Shown here: positions 1-10,563 of the stretch, piece after piece
How positions within the stretch are numbered: position 1 is the first letter of the stretch
Layout: each line of letters opens with the position of its first letter
Source of the DNA: Phallusia mammillata
Lineage: Eukaryota
Length of the DNA stretch: 64,000 bases
Direction: 5' to 3'
NCBI GenBank assembly: GCA_965637545.1
Contig: OZ281496.1
Location: 21,576,001-21,640,000 of the forward strand
Translations under genes and position numbers: made by a program
The notes under the pieces: generated by a model
Databases searched by the model: none
What the model was told of the DNA's origin: nothing
Seen by the model: the letters and a program-made list of their open reading frames with translations, nothing else

Positions 1-555
1 CATGAATTGCACAACATTTTCGGGCGGGCCAAACATTTTGTTAAATTCCGTGTTATAATATTATAATACAGGTTTATCACTTATTTCGACTAAAAATAAG
101 AGTTTGTCCATTCTTTCTTGAATACCCTAGCTCCATTATATCGATCTGTCTTTTTTTCCAAGAACATATTTAAAATACCAATATAAGGATCCACGCTAAC
201 AGCTCTAAACGCAATTTAAAAAAATACACCACATGGCAAATGATTTATTACTGCAAGCAGAGGCAATCGAGTGACTGTTACGTCACGAATGAAGCAAGTG
301 GTTGAATGTGTAGCAATTTTTAGAAGTTTGGCGTCATAATGTGGATGGGGAGATTACCAGAAGTGTCGAAGTCATTTCAAGGACATATTTGTACATAAAA
401 AGTTTATTGTTTTTTTATACTATGTTGTATACTGTACCTATACTAAAATATGTTGTATACTAAAATTATGTTGTATACTAAAATTGTGACGGGGGCCACA
501 TTAAAAAGGCAAGCGGGCCACATGCGCCCCGCGGGCCGCAGGTTCCCCACCCCTG
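1..555. mobile_element. Non-autonomous hAT-like MITE, right part only (left end lies before the window)
   Basis: Ends in gcgggccgcaggttccccacccctg (TIR reads CAGGGGTGGGGAACC on the minus strand) with gcgggcc subterminal motifs, like the CAGGGG/CAGTGG-ended elements elsewhere in the window. Contains about 3 copies of tatgttgtatactaaaat at ~421-484. Confidence 0.7.
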
Positions 556-626
556 CATTACACAAATAGATACGAAGACAATCGTATTAATATAATTAAA
601 GAGAACAGACAAAAATCGATGCGAGC

Positions 627-3600
627 CTAATGCTTGGATTCGGCACAAATCATACATTCTTTTGGAGATATAACAACTGTAACAAGCTCATTATTAATCG
701 GCGGAATTTCCTTTGCTGGACGAATTTTAAAATGCTGAAGAATCTTTACAAAAAAGATAAAGATTTCAGCCCTGGCCAAACTCTCTCCAATGCAAAAACG
801 AGGACCAACTGAAAACGGGATGATCTTGTTGGAAGCCACAAACTTTCCGTTTTCGTCAATGTGCCTGTGTGGATAAAACTGCTCTGGGTTTTGCCATGTC
901 TCGGGATCCATGTGAACACCGTGGAGGTTGGGAAGTACCTTAAATCATATGAAAGTGTTACAAGATCTATACTATTAAGCCAGTCGTTTCCAACCTAGGA
1001 GGAAAGAAAGTAATTTCAAAACTTGAAGGGAAGAATTTATTTTAACCATTGCACATGTTGTTTTGTAAACACTTAGCTTTCAGAATTTAACCTTAAGATA
1101 TTAAGACCCAACATCAAATAATCTTTGGATGGTTTGGCATGTAGTATGTAGTTTTTTGAGGAGGAATGAAAATGTTCAAATTGTTCATTGCGGAATTCAT
1201 CGATAAAGATTGGGAACCACTATATTATGAGGATTTTAGAGGATTTTAACCTACATTCGATGCAAACATGCAACCCTATGTATTTCCTACACAAAGTTGA
1301 CCGTAATAATTCTGTCTTACAATTGTCCCTTTCGGAATGATGTGACCCATCAGCTCGCACTTAGCGCTTGTAAGATGTTGCAAAGACAACGGAGCAAGTG
1401 TCTTGTGGCGCATAACTTCCTGAAGGAAAGCGCTGGTAAACGGCATTTGGTCTTTTTTCGACATACTTGGGATACCTGACATTCCTGCAAATAGATTATA
1501 TACCTACGTTTCAACAGTTTACCAAACCTTTCTGGTTCACAGCAACCATTTTACCACCAAAATCGAATTTACCGATAAATTTCACCGATAAATATTCCCA
1601 TAAAGCGGTATGAAAGGTATGATATACTTTTGCACAAATATATTGTCCATTATCAATAACCAACCCAAAGGACCTTTATTTACAATCTAAAAGCATTACT
1701 TTTTACTCTGCGTATTTTTTTGTAAACAATTCTACTCAATTTACCTAGTGTTTCGTTAATTTCGTCTTCAATCAACTTGTAATATTCGGGATAGTTTAAA
1801 AGAAACACGAAACACCAAGACAAAGTTGTGCTACTTGTCTCTGTTCCGCCCATGAACATGTCTCGACAGTATACCATTATTTGTTCGTCCTAAAAACAAA
1901 TTAAATACATTACGTAAAGAGAAAAAAAAAAAACCGAAAAAGACTATTATGTTACTTTGCATATAATGCCAACTAAATCAAGAAAATTAAAACCTATAGC
2001 GACCAAAAACACCAATGACAAAAGGTATAGCTGCTTACGGTATAAGTTGGTTTCGTGTGAGGTTTGCCAAACTTTGCTTCGTACAAAAGAGAATCAACCA
2101 AATCATCAACGTTTGACGGATTAAATCTTTCCTTATGTTCTTTGATAGAGGCTTTCATGTAATCTGCCCAAAAATGTTGTTTTATTCGGGCAAAAATTCG
2201 CTTGTTCCTATTTGGGACAAATGTTACCTAAGCAAAATTACACAAGTTGAGCCAAACTATTTTATGACACACTTACCAACGATCAACTGCATTCTCGTAT
2301 TGAGCTTGTCCATTGCGTATTTGAACCAAGGAACGTTTGCTAAAAAGTTATACTGGTTTATTAAGCCAGTTCGTTCAGCTGTTTCTGGGTCTGAAAAACT
2401 GAATGAAAGTAACAAAACTTTGTTATAAATTATTATTCTTCCCATACATTTTGTAGTAAGTAACCGACATTTCGACATTTTAAAAGAAACAGTTCGTTAA
2501 TTCCGTATGCATAAATTTCGAGGCAACTCATTTTTGCAGACATTTCTGTTTTTCGGGGTGTAAAATGCTTTTCATAAAGGTTTTAAAATCTGGTCTACTG
2601 CACCTACGCTATACTCACATCATGGCTAAAGCGTCGAGAAGTTTTGTAAACACGGGATCGTCGTATTCGTGCCTTTTTCCAAATACAACCTTAGAAATTA
2701 TGTTCGAAGTCATCCAGTACAAATAACGCTGAAACAAATAGTGTACTTTGTTTAGATCAGGGGTCGGCAACCTTTTTTGCACTGCGGACCGGCCTTGAAA
2801 AACCACAAATGTTCAGTACTGAAAACTAATTGCAGTTATTACTAGAGATGTACCGAAAATTCGGTTTGCCGAATTTATTCGGCCGAATCGGCCACTTTTG
2901 CAAAGATTCGGTTTCGGCCGAATAATTTGTTGCGATTCGGCCGAAACCGAATCTTTTATGAACATACATTTGAAGCGTTAAGCGTGTCTTTCCTGCTTAG
3001 TACCAACGAAAATCCTGTCAGTTATTATATTTTTTACCACATTATCGTTTTCCCCACTGCAGACAACTAAATAGTAATTCATTGCCGGGTTGGAAATTAT
3101 GCTTAAGGCAATGTTAAACCCCACAGAACTGAAATAAGGACGAAACACAACCATTCTGCACTAATTGCCTGGTAGATAAACTTATGTTTTCATGTCAAAC
3201 GCGTACCGTACGACTTCGCGTGACATCATAAATGATTCGGTTGATTCGGCCGAATTTATTCGGCAAAACCGCCGAATATTCGGTTTCGGCCGAATCGAAA
3301 TTTCGCCGATTCGGTACATCACTAGTTATTACCACTTTGATTCAATGTGCACAACCTTCAGAAAGTTTTCTGCAGTCCGGTAACGAACGTAACGAACCCC
3401 TCGCGGACCGGCACCGGGCCGCGGCCTAATACTGGATTACTGGTATGATATTTCCTTAGCTATATTTTTTAGACATGTTTTTTTCGTTTTGAGTCATCGA
3501 AACGCCTCTTTACCTAATATGGTTTTTGGTCCATATTTTTCAAAAAATGTGAAAAATGATTCTGTACCTTTATGTTCAAAGGTTTGTTTCCATGTTTTCT

Positions 3601-4540
3601 CACAAACTCAACGAACATATCCCCCTCTTCATTGACTGTTTCCTCCATTTTCTTACGCGCCATCCCCTTTCTAAACAAAAAAATGTTGAAAAAGACCACT
3701 TGTTGAAAAAGACATTTTTTGCTTGACACACTACAGAGCGTTTCGCAAGATAAACAAGTTGCATGATCGAATTTCATTTTCTCAACTGTTCAAATAGTGA
3801 AATATTTAAATTATATTACTTACTCTCTCAAAAATTTAAGGCCGAAATGCTTTTGAAACTTAAAAGCATCATCGTATTGCTTAAATGCAATTCCTTTTCG
3901 TCCGGTCAAAGAGCAGAAGATTGTCACGAAAGGACGATCAGAAAACATCGCACTTTGTTTAACAAGGGCCTGAGATAAAAAGTGCACATGTTTTGTACCA
4001 ACCCTCTACTTTGGACTTCTTTTTTGTTTAGGCTTTATCAGCTTTACAGGCGATGATACTTTTTTCGGCTAAGTTTTGCACTCCCCTGCAATCATCCTTT
4101 TTGTATTGTAAGCACTTGGTGTGAGGCAAAAAAAACGTAAAGATTTTTTTACCTTTGACAATAGCATTGTTACTATTATACGACGAGCACCAACTTTACT
4201 TATCCTAAAATATTTTAAAGAAGAAAAAACAAAAACTATTTTGTTGTCATATTACCTGATTAACAGCTTCAAAATTATTTAAAATCACTACTTCTTGACG
4301 ACCAATTCTGGCCGACATGACAGGTCCGTATTTCTCCAGGCTCCATTTCTTGAACTCGGTTGCAGGGTTTTTCCCCATGTAAGGCAAGACCCCTACCAGT
4401 GGTAAACCCCTGGGGCCTGGAGGGAACTTGACATGGGGACGACGCCACCAGTAGATGTATAACAAAGTGACAACAACTCCAAGTAGGTTCCAAAAACTAA
4501 AAACAGCAGAAAACTGTGGCAACATTAACGACACCGACAT
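627..4540 (-). CDS. Cytochrome P450, clan 2 / CYP2-like, copy A, intact, ~503 aa
   Basis: Nine GT-AG exons: 4540-4256, 3969-3824, 3670-3568, 2728-2619, 2398-2277, 2163-2039, 1889-1745, 1484-1321, 938-627 (1512 nt, in frame). N-terminal TM plus PPGPRG hinge, I-helix GGTETSS, K-helix EVMR, heme motif FSVGPRFCIG. Confidence 0.93.
2758..3426. mobile_element. hAT-like MITE (outer element, right TIR lost) in intron 3 of CYP A
   Basis: Starts caggggtcggcaacc. Body (cggaccggcc, cagtactgaaaactaat, actttgattcaa) matches the element at 19242-19447. Interrupted by the nested element at 2843-3324. Confidence 0.7.
2843..3324. mobile_element. Nested hAT-like MITE with TAG(A/T)GATG termini
   Basis: 15-bp TIR TAGAGATGTACCGAA / TAGTGATGTACCGAA (1 mismatch), perfect 8-bp TSD gttattac (2835-2842 and 3325-3332), and clustered ttcggccgaa palindromes near both ends. 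Confidence 0.88.
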
Positions 4541-4578
4541 CTTGATAGCAATATTCCTTGACTCTTGTGTTCACCTCC

Positions 4579-4585
4579 ATTTATA
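4579..4585 (-). promoter_or_regulatory. Possible TATA box of CYP A
   Basis: TATAAAT on the minus strand about 40 nt upstream of the ATG at 4540. Motif match only. Confidence 0.25.
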
Positions 4586-5175
4586 GAAGAAAAAATGGTG
4601 TTGTATGACGTAAGCTTAGGTTTGTTTGAGTTATGCAAGGTTGGCAGAAATGTTTTGCAGGCGCTTCACTAGCATCTTTACCTTCGCTGTTCGCATTTGT
4701 TGATTTCATGTCACATCCACGCACCCCTCATCAAAAAACATGTTTTGCAAACTGACAACGTTAATCAGCAAATCGAGTAGGCAAATACATACGACCGTGG
4801 CCAACGTACGATGCTATTCTGCTCCAGACATATGTAATCTGTTTATGCCAATCTAATAAAGTAAAGTGCAGCATCTCTCATACATGTACTTGCAAACATA
4901 AGTGCATGGTGCAGATATTATTGCTTTTTTACACAGAAAAGGTTAAAGATATAGAAAAGCAAGAACAAATGTCCTACTATTTACACCTCATAATTTTAAA
5001 CTTAGTAAACATGTTTTAAGAAATTCACTTACCATGATACATTAGCCGATTTTGCTTAAATAAGCACATTAGGTATGTGCTAAAAATTTAAAGTACCCAA
5101 GCTTCAAAGCCTTATGGAGAACAAAAATTTACCCGTAACGTTGATAAATTCCGTTACATTTGACTATACATTAGA

Positions 5176-5363
5176 ATAATCGACATGGAAGGTCCGTATT
5201 TCTCAAGACTCCATTTCTTGAACGCTCTTGCAGGACTTTTTCCAAAGTAAGGCAAGACCCCTACAAGTGGTAAACATAAGATATGTAACAAAGTTGCAAC
5301 AAGTACAAGTATGCTTCAAAAACTAATAACAGACGAAAACTGCAACATCGATAAAATTGACAT
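5176..5363 (-). pseudogene. Orphan degenerate CYP exon 1 (paralog of copy A)
   Basis: Translates MSILSMLQFSSVISF*SILVLVATLLHILCLPLVGVLPYFGKSPARAFKKWSLEKYGPSMS: W codon changed to TGA, WWRRP..PPGPRG segment deleted, no donor site. Upstream 5420-5535 resembles 4615-4730 upstream of copy A. Confidence 0.85.
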
Positions 5364-6696
5364 GTTTATTACTGTTGATCATTTTTTGTTGGAAAAATCT
5401 TATATGAAAGTTTTTGTGGTTTACTTGACCTAGGCTGTATTTGAAACATGCAAGGTTGCCAAGAGTGCTTTGCTGGCTTGTCGCTTTGAATCTTCAATAC
5501 CCTCTCTATTCGCATTTGTTGATTTCATACCACACCTCCACAACTCTCAGCAGAAATATGTTTTCCGGAACCTTACTCAGCAGGTATAAAATTCGTGGTT
5601 ATGCTCAACCATTTAAAAATGTCGATGCAAATAGACATGAACCTGACCCTACACATGTTTTTACTATGCTGCAAGCGTTTGCGACTCGTTCAAGTTCATC
5701 TAAAGTTATTTGCTTGCCTCAAAATCGTGCGTTGCAAGGGTCGCTGATAATAAACAAAAAAAATATTGGGTAAACAAGGACAAAAAATGGATAAATGATA
5801 ATAAACGTCACACAACTTTTTTCAACACTTTGCAGCCCAGCAACCAACGCAGTATGAAACTCCGTTTTTATTGGTAAGTATATTCGTTTTAAAATAACAT
5901 GTTTAGAGAGGTCGTTGGTAACACAGAGTCAAACTCCGGGAGGACCAATTTAACACAATTATTTATCACGTGTAAAAACACAAGAATACCTAGAATTCCT
6001 TCAAACAGCTTAGCATCAGCAGCTCTGGTTTGCTGTTTACAGCAGGAAAAGCTACCAAACGCTTCATATTGACTTTTTTGGCGTCCCTGTGATTTGATTT
6101 TCTGTTTCTGGTCTTAATTTCATTGGGAAATTGTTGGCAAAATCATAAGCTTATTATGAACCAGTTCGCGATTATAATGACATATGCAGTTGTAAAATGG
6201 TTCTGGTATCATGGAAAAAACAAATCACCTTTAATCTAATTACTCTTTGTATCGAAAATGCGTGATTGGCATTTTGTTCTCGAGAACGTGGTTGTTCAAA
6301 ACTAATTTGTGCGTATTTAGCAAAACCAAAGACGCTGTGGAATGACGCAGCAATATGTCGGTGCTTGTTGACAAGACTTGAAGGCGCCAACCGAAGTATT
6401 TTCCCAAAACCACGACGAAGCTGAAATTGCAGAATTGCAGCTTTCGTAAACGCATTAAAACGCAGTCAGCTTATAAACTTTCTTGTTACATCCTGCTCAG
6501 GAAAAGTAGTGCAAAAGCTTAAGTCCATCGCCATGGTCCAAGAGGCAATCTCATTCGTCGCGGAGAAATCCATAACAGTTTTAAGCTTTTGAAACCTGCT
6601 TAAAAAAGACCTCACAATAACGAATTAGCTTTTGCACGTATTTTTTTCTATTTGTGATATTCCGATTTTCACACTGCATTTATTGTAACGTTGTAG

Positions 6697-9648
6697 AAAG
6701 GGTCAAGCAAGAGCCAGAATGGAAGAAATTATTAATTTTGAAGGAGATGAATTTGTAAAGTTTCTTCACACATTTCAAGACAAACCCATAGATTTTAAGG
6801 TGAGCTAAAATAGTCCACATTCCCTTTGCTAACAAAACAACAACACAAATATTTATGACTTTAGAAATACTTTTACTGGTTGACATCAAACATCATTTCA
6901 AAAGTTGCTCTTGGAAAACGTTACGACTTTGGCGATCCAAAGTTCCATGAACTTCTAGAAGTTCTTAGCAAGCTGTAAGTATGTGAATAAGTTGAAAGTC
7001 ATTAGATGTGTTATGTGGTCTGTTTAGTTGTCCGAAGTTTAAATCCTTAGTCGCACACCAAATTTCCAATGACTTGATGATAAAGTTGTGCAACATCGTA
7101 GAACACTTCAATTTTTCAATTAACTATGAACAAGATTTGTACAGATGTACTTATAGTACCGATACTGCTACGCAAAAATGTACATATCAGACTTAAAGAG
7201 TTTGTCACATAGCTGGCTAACATGGTTTTGTAAAGACTTTAAGGTTTTAGATTTGTACGTATATTTTGCTTGATGATAAATATAATCGTCAAGGTTGATG
7301 TGAATTCCTGAGTAGACTCATAAACTGATTCGTACATGTATGATGTTTAATTAATTGAGCAATCAAAGGTGACATTTTTTAGCTTCGGGGACGTCGACGA
7401 CGCACCGATGATTGCCGTTATCAATTTGTTTCCATCTGCTTCTCGCGTTCCACCTTTCTCCATGGCCATGAAGAGATTCGATAAGCGGCAGGAGACTGTT
7501 TTGAGTACGTTTTTGTGACCATACGTACTATTCAACTTGAATGTACTACTATCTCTTTAAATGGCCTAAATTAGGGGTGTCAAACTCAAACAACTTTGAG
7601 GGCCAAAAAGACTTTCAAGTCGAGGGCCGCTATCGAAAGAATCCATGATTAAAAAATGAAATGTTCATTAATGCCATTGACTACATTAAAACAATATTGT
7701 AATAAATAACAAACAAATTTACAGTGTAGCAGAGTAAAATAACCGACTATGCTTTTATTGCATACAATGACGCAACTATCGCAATTGATGATTCCAGGAT
7801 GGGCTATTTCGATCACCCTATTAAAGCCGCTACTAGAAAATGATTGTGTTATGTAAACTCACAGGCAGGGTATAAACTTATAACTTCTGAAAGTCACTTC
7901 GCGGGTCGCACAAAAACTCTTGGAGGGCCGCATGCGACCCGCGGACCGCGTGTTTGACACCCCTGGTTTAAATAGTAACAAAAGACCACGACTGACCTAA
8001 CCAATCGTAATTCATTATACATTGCTGAGTATAAAACTTATCCTACAAATTTTGAACTTTCATTAAACACCTCAAGATTGCCCATGTTTTAGCTAAAATA
8101 ATCAACAGTATGTACTCTACAAAAAGCTAATATTTTCAATCTGAACAGAATACCTTCAGCAGTATATTGACGAACATAAGGTGAAATTTGATCCTGACAA
8201 CATCAATGATTTTATTGATGCTTTTCTTTATGAAAACCAGTTCGGGAGAAAAATGAACACTTCTTTTACTGTAAGCTTTGTTTGTTTAGTGATCACCAAC
8301 AACGGCTGTATTCCAATGTAAATTGTAGGCACCTAAGCAAGACATTAAGCTAGAGCAGTGGTTATCAAACTTTTTTATTGTCGGGGCCAAATGGTAGCTT
8401 TTTAAGTGTGTATACGGAGCCGCAAAAAAACGAAAACTTGAGAAAATCACACAAGATTATTACCTTGAAAGCTAAAATAGCAATCTTTGGTGGTTTTCTC
8501 AGGTTTGGTGGGAGCCGCAAAATAAGTAGTTGGGAGCCGCATGCAGGCCGAGAGCCGCGTTTGAGAACCACTGAGCTAATAAAAAGTATACGACATATTT
8601 TACAGGAACGACAACTCAGAGCGTATTGTCGAGATTTGTTTGTTGCTGGATCTGAAACTTCTAGTTCAACTCTTGCATGGTGTTTTGCATTCTTTCTCAA
8701 CTACCCAGAGTACGCTAAGATTATTGAGCAGGAGGTTATTGACGTCATTGGTAAGCATACATCACAAATTTTCTTCAAACAAAGACCGCATTATGATCTT
8801 TAAATACTTACTTGCTGAATTATTTTAATTTTAGTACGGAAACATAAGTTACCATTCCATGAAACAGCATTTAGTTCATCTCATCAAAAATATGTTTATC
8901 TCAAGGCAACTTGTTGAATACCGATTTGAGCTCATTAAGTTGTCAAATATTGCTTGTAGGAACCGACAAACCTTCTATGGCGCATAGAGAACATATGCCC
9001 ATGACTTGCGCCTTCATTCAAGAAGTGATGAGAAACAAAACTTTGGCTCCGCTGTCTGTGACACACCTTACGTCGGAAACAACAGAATTGATGGGATTTG
9101 TGATACCAAAAGGAATCAAAGTAAATGAGTAGAAAATTATCTGACTTTTATTCAAGTACTGTTTAATATGCACCACAACAAATGATGGCGGCTGATGGTG
9201 TGAATGAATACAGACAAGTAATCTGTAAATATTGTTAACTCATCAAACATTAAAGAGGTATCGAGAACTTTCTGGAATGGCAACGACTGTACACCGGGTA
9301 TTTTGTATTTAGGTTATACCAAACCTAGACGGGGCTCACATGGACCCAAATACATGGCCAAATCCGGAAGTGTTTAACCCACGAAGACACATCGATGAAA
9401 ACGGAAAGTTTATGAAATCAAACAAAATTATTCCATTTTCGGTCGGAGCAAGATTTTGTCTTGGAAAAAGCTTAGCCAAGGCTGAGATTTTCATTTTTTT
9501 CACAAAGCTTGTTCAACATTTTAAGATTAAATCGGCCAAAGATTATTTGCCTCCACTGGACCGAGAAATGATGTCAATAGTACTTAGTCCTAGAGAATGT
9601 GAAGTTGTGCTTGAAGCAATTTTTTATGATAGTTTTTATGATAACTAA
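6697..9648 (+). CDS. Cytochrome P450 copy B, 5-prime truncated (exons 3-9 open, exons 1-2 not found); possibly a young pseudogene
   Basis: Exons 6697-6799, 6865-6974, 7383-7504, 8149-8270, 8606-8750, 8960-9120, 9313-9648 with family phases and no stops. AGSETSS, EVMR, FSVGARFCLG present. No exon 1 or exon 2 homolog seen on the plus strand between 4541 and 6696. Confidence 0.85.
7572..7965. mobile_element. hAT-like MITE in intron 5 of CYP B
   Basis: TIR (t)aggggtgtcaaac ... gtttgacacccctg. Flanks gcctaaat / gtttaaat (6/8, degraded TSD). Same TIR family as 49263-49828. Confidence 0.85.
8356..8573. mobile_element. hAT-like MITE in intron 6 of CYP B
   Basis: TIR cagtggttatcaaac ... gtttgagaaccactg (1 mismatch in 15), repeated gagccgc subterminal motif, flanks agctagag / agctaata. 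Confidence 0.82.
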
Positions 9649-9904
9649 TCACATCCATCTAGTAATTTTAAGACGTGTTCGACTCAATGGAAATACAGTT
9701 CATATCTTTTCCATCTGCGTGCATTTGAAAAGTCTATTCTATACATTTTACATATTTTTTCCCCTAAAATTAATTGTTGTCTGTTAAGCTACATTATACA
9801 GTAAGCTATATTTACAATTGTAACTTTATAACACTACCTAAATAGTAAAAAACACTCAGTTATTATCACACAATAGTCTCTTTTGTCATTGGTAACAAGT
9901 ACAT

Positions 9905-9985
9905 GGGTTCGAACCCCGTGAACGACAAATTTCAACAAGGGCAAATTTCAATTCTCGGACTGCCGCCTGATTGTCGAAAAATACA
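9905..9985 (+). mobile_element. 5-prime truncated copy of the tRNA-derived SINE
   Basis: Near-identical to 10300-10380 (gggttcgaaccccgtgaacgacaaatttcaacaagggcaaatttca...gattgtcgaaaaataca). tacatg occurs on both sides. Confidence 0.8.
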
Positions 9986-10221
9986 TGCTGTCTCATAGGA
10001 ATGTTGTAAAATTTGATTTGTTGATGAGTGATTCTCTCTGCGTTCAATGACTTCAAGTTAGATTATGATGTTCTAGATGTCGCAGTAGGTAAAAAATCTT
10101 TTCTACGGAAGATTTTATTTATAAAATATATTTCTGTGCAACAACATTTAATAAAAATTAAAGTTACACTGAATTTAAGGAAAACTGCAAATACAGAAAA
10201 AAATAAACTAGGTTAAAGTTT

Positions 10222-10390
10222 GGGGCGGGAACGTGGCCGAATGGCCTGGCGCGCCTGACCCACATACACCTGATCGGGATTCGTCCCCGGAAGTATGCTG
10301 GGTTCGAACCCCGTGAACGACAAATTTCAACAAGGGCAAATTTCAGTTCTCGGACTGCCGCCTGATTGTCGAAAAATACAATTGAAAAAA
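10222..10390 (+). mobile_element. tRNA-derived SINE, full length
   Basis: Pol III A box TGGCCGAATGG (10234-10244), B box GGTTCGAACCC (10301-10311), unique 3-prime body, A-rich tail and flanking direct repeat aaagttt. No tRNA acceptor stem can form. Confidence 0.8.
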
Positions 10391-10563
10391 AAAGTTTCCA
10401 GCCGATTATAACGTTTTATTCAGAGACCACAGGGTTCAGCTATTTATCACGCAAACACCGTCAGCGCATTTCACTTGTATGACATGTGAAAGGCATGTCG
10501 TAACAGCGCCAGGCAATATTTGACATCTCATTCAATCGAACAAGCACCACATCTCAATTGAGA

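Noticed and set aside
627-4540. Orthology to vertebrate CYP2 genes because both have nine exons
   Set aside because: Exon lengths and intron positions/phases here differ from the vertebrate CYP2 pattern as I recall it. Family assignment needs a phylogeny, so no gene symbol is given.
4630-4720. atgttttgcaggcgctt resembles the exon 2 acceptor of CYP C
   Set aside because: Stop at the fourth codon and no FSDRP motif; it is part of the upstream region of A.
5441-5773. 110-aa ORF as the missing first exon of CYP B
   Set aside because: No P450 motif or TM anchor, non-ATG start, and it overlaps the duplicated upstream region of A.
8365-8803. Long ORFs (111 aa minus, 141 aa plus)
   Set aside because: These are read-through of a MITE plus CYP B exon 7. 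Only 8606-8750 is coding.
10225-10320. Functional tRNA gene (A and B boxes present)
   Set aside because: No acceptor stem, anomalous spacer, and a 3-prime body, A tail, TSD and truncated second copy all indicate a SINE.
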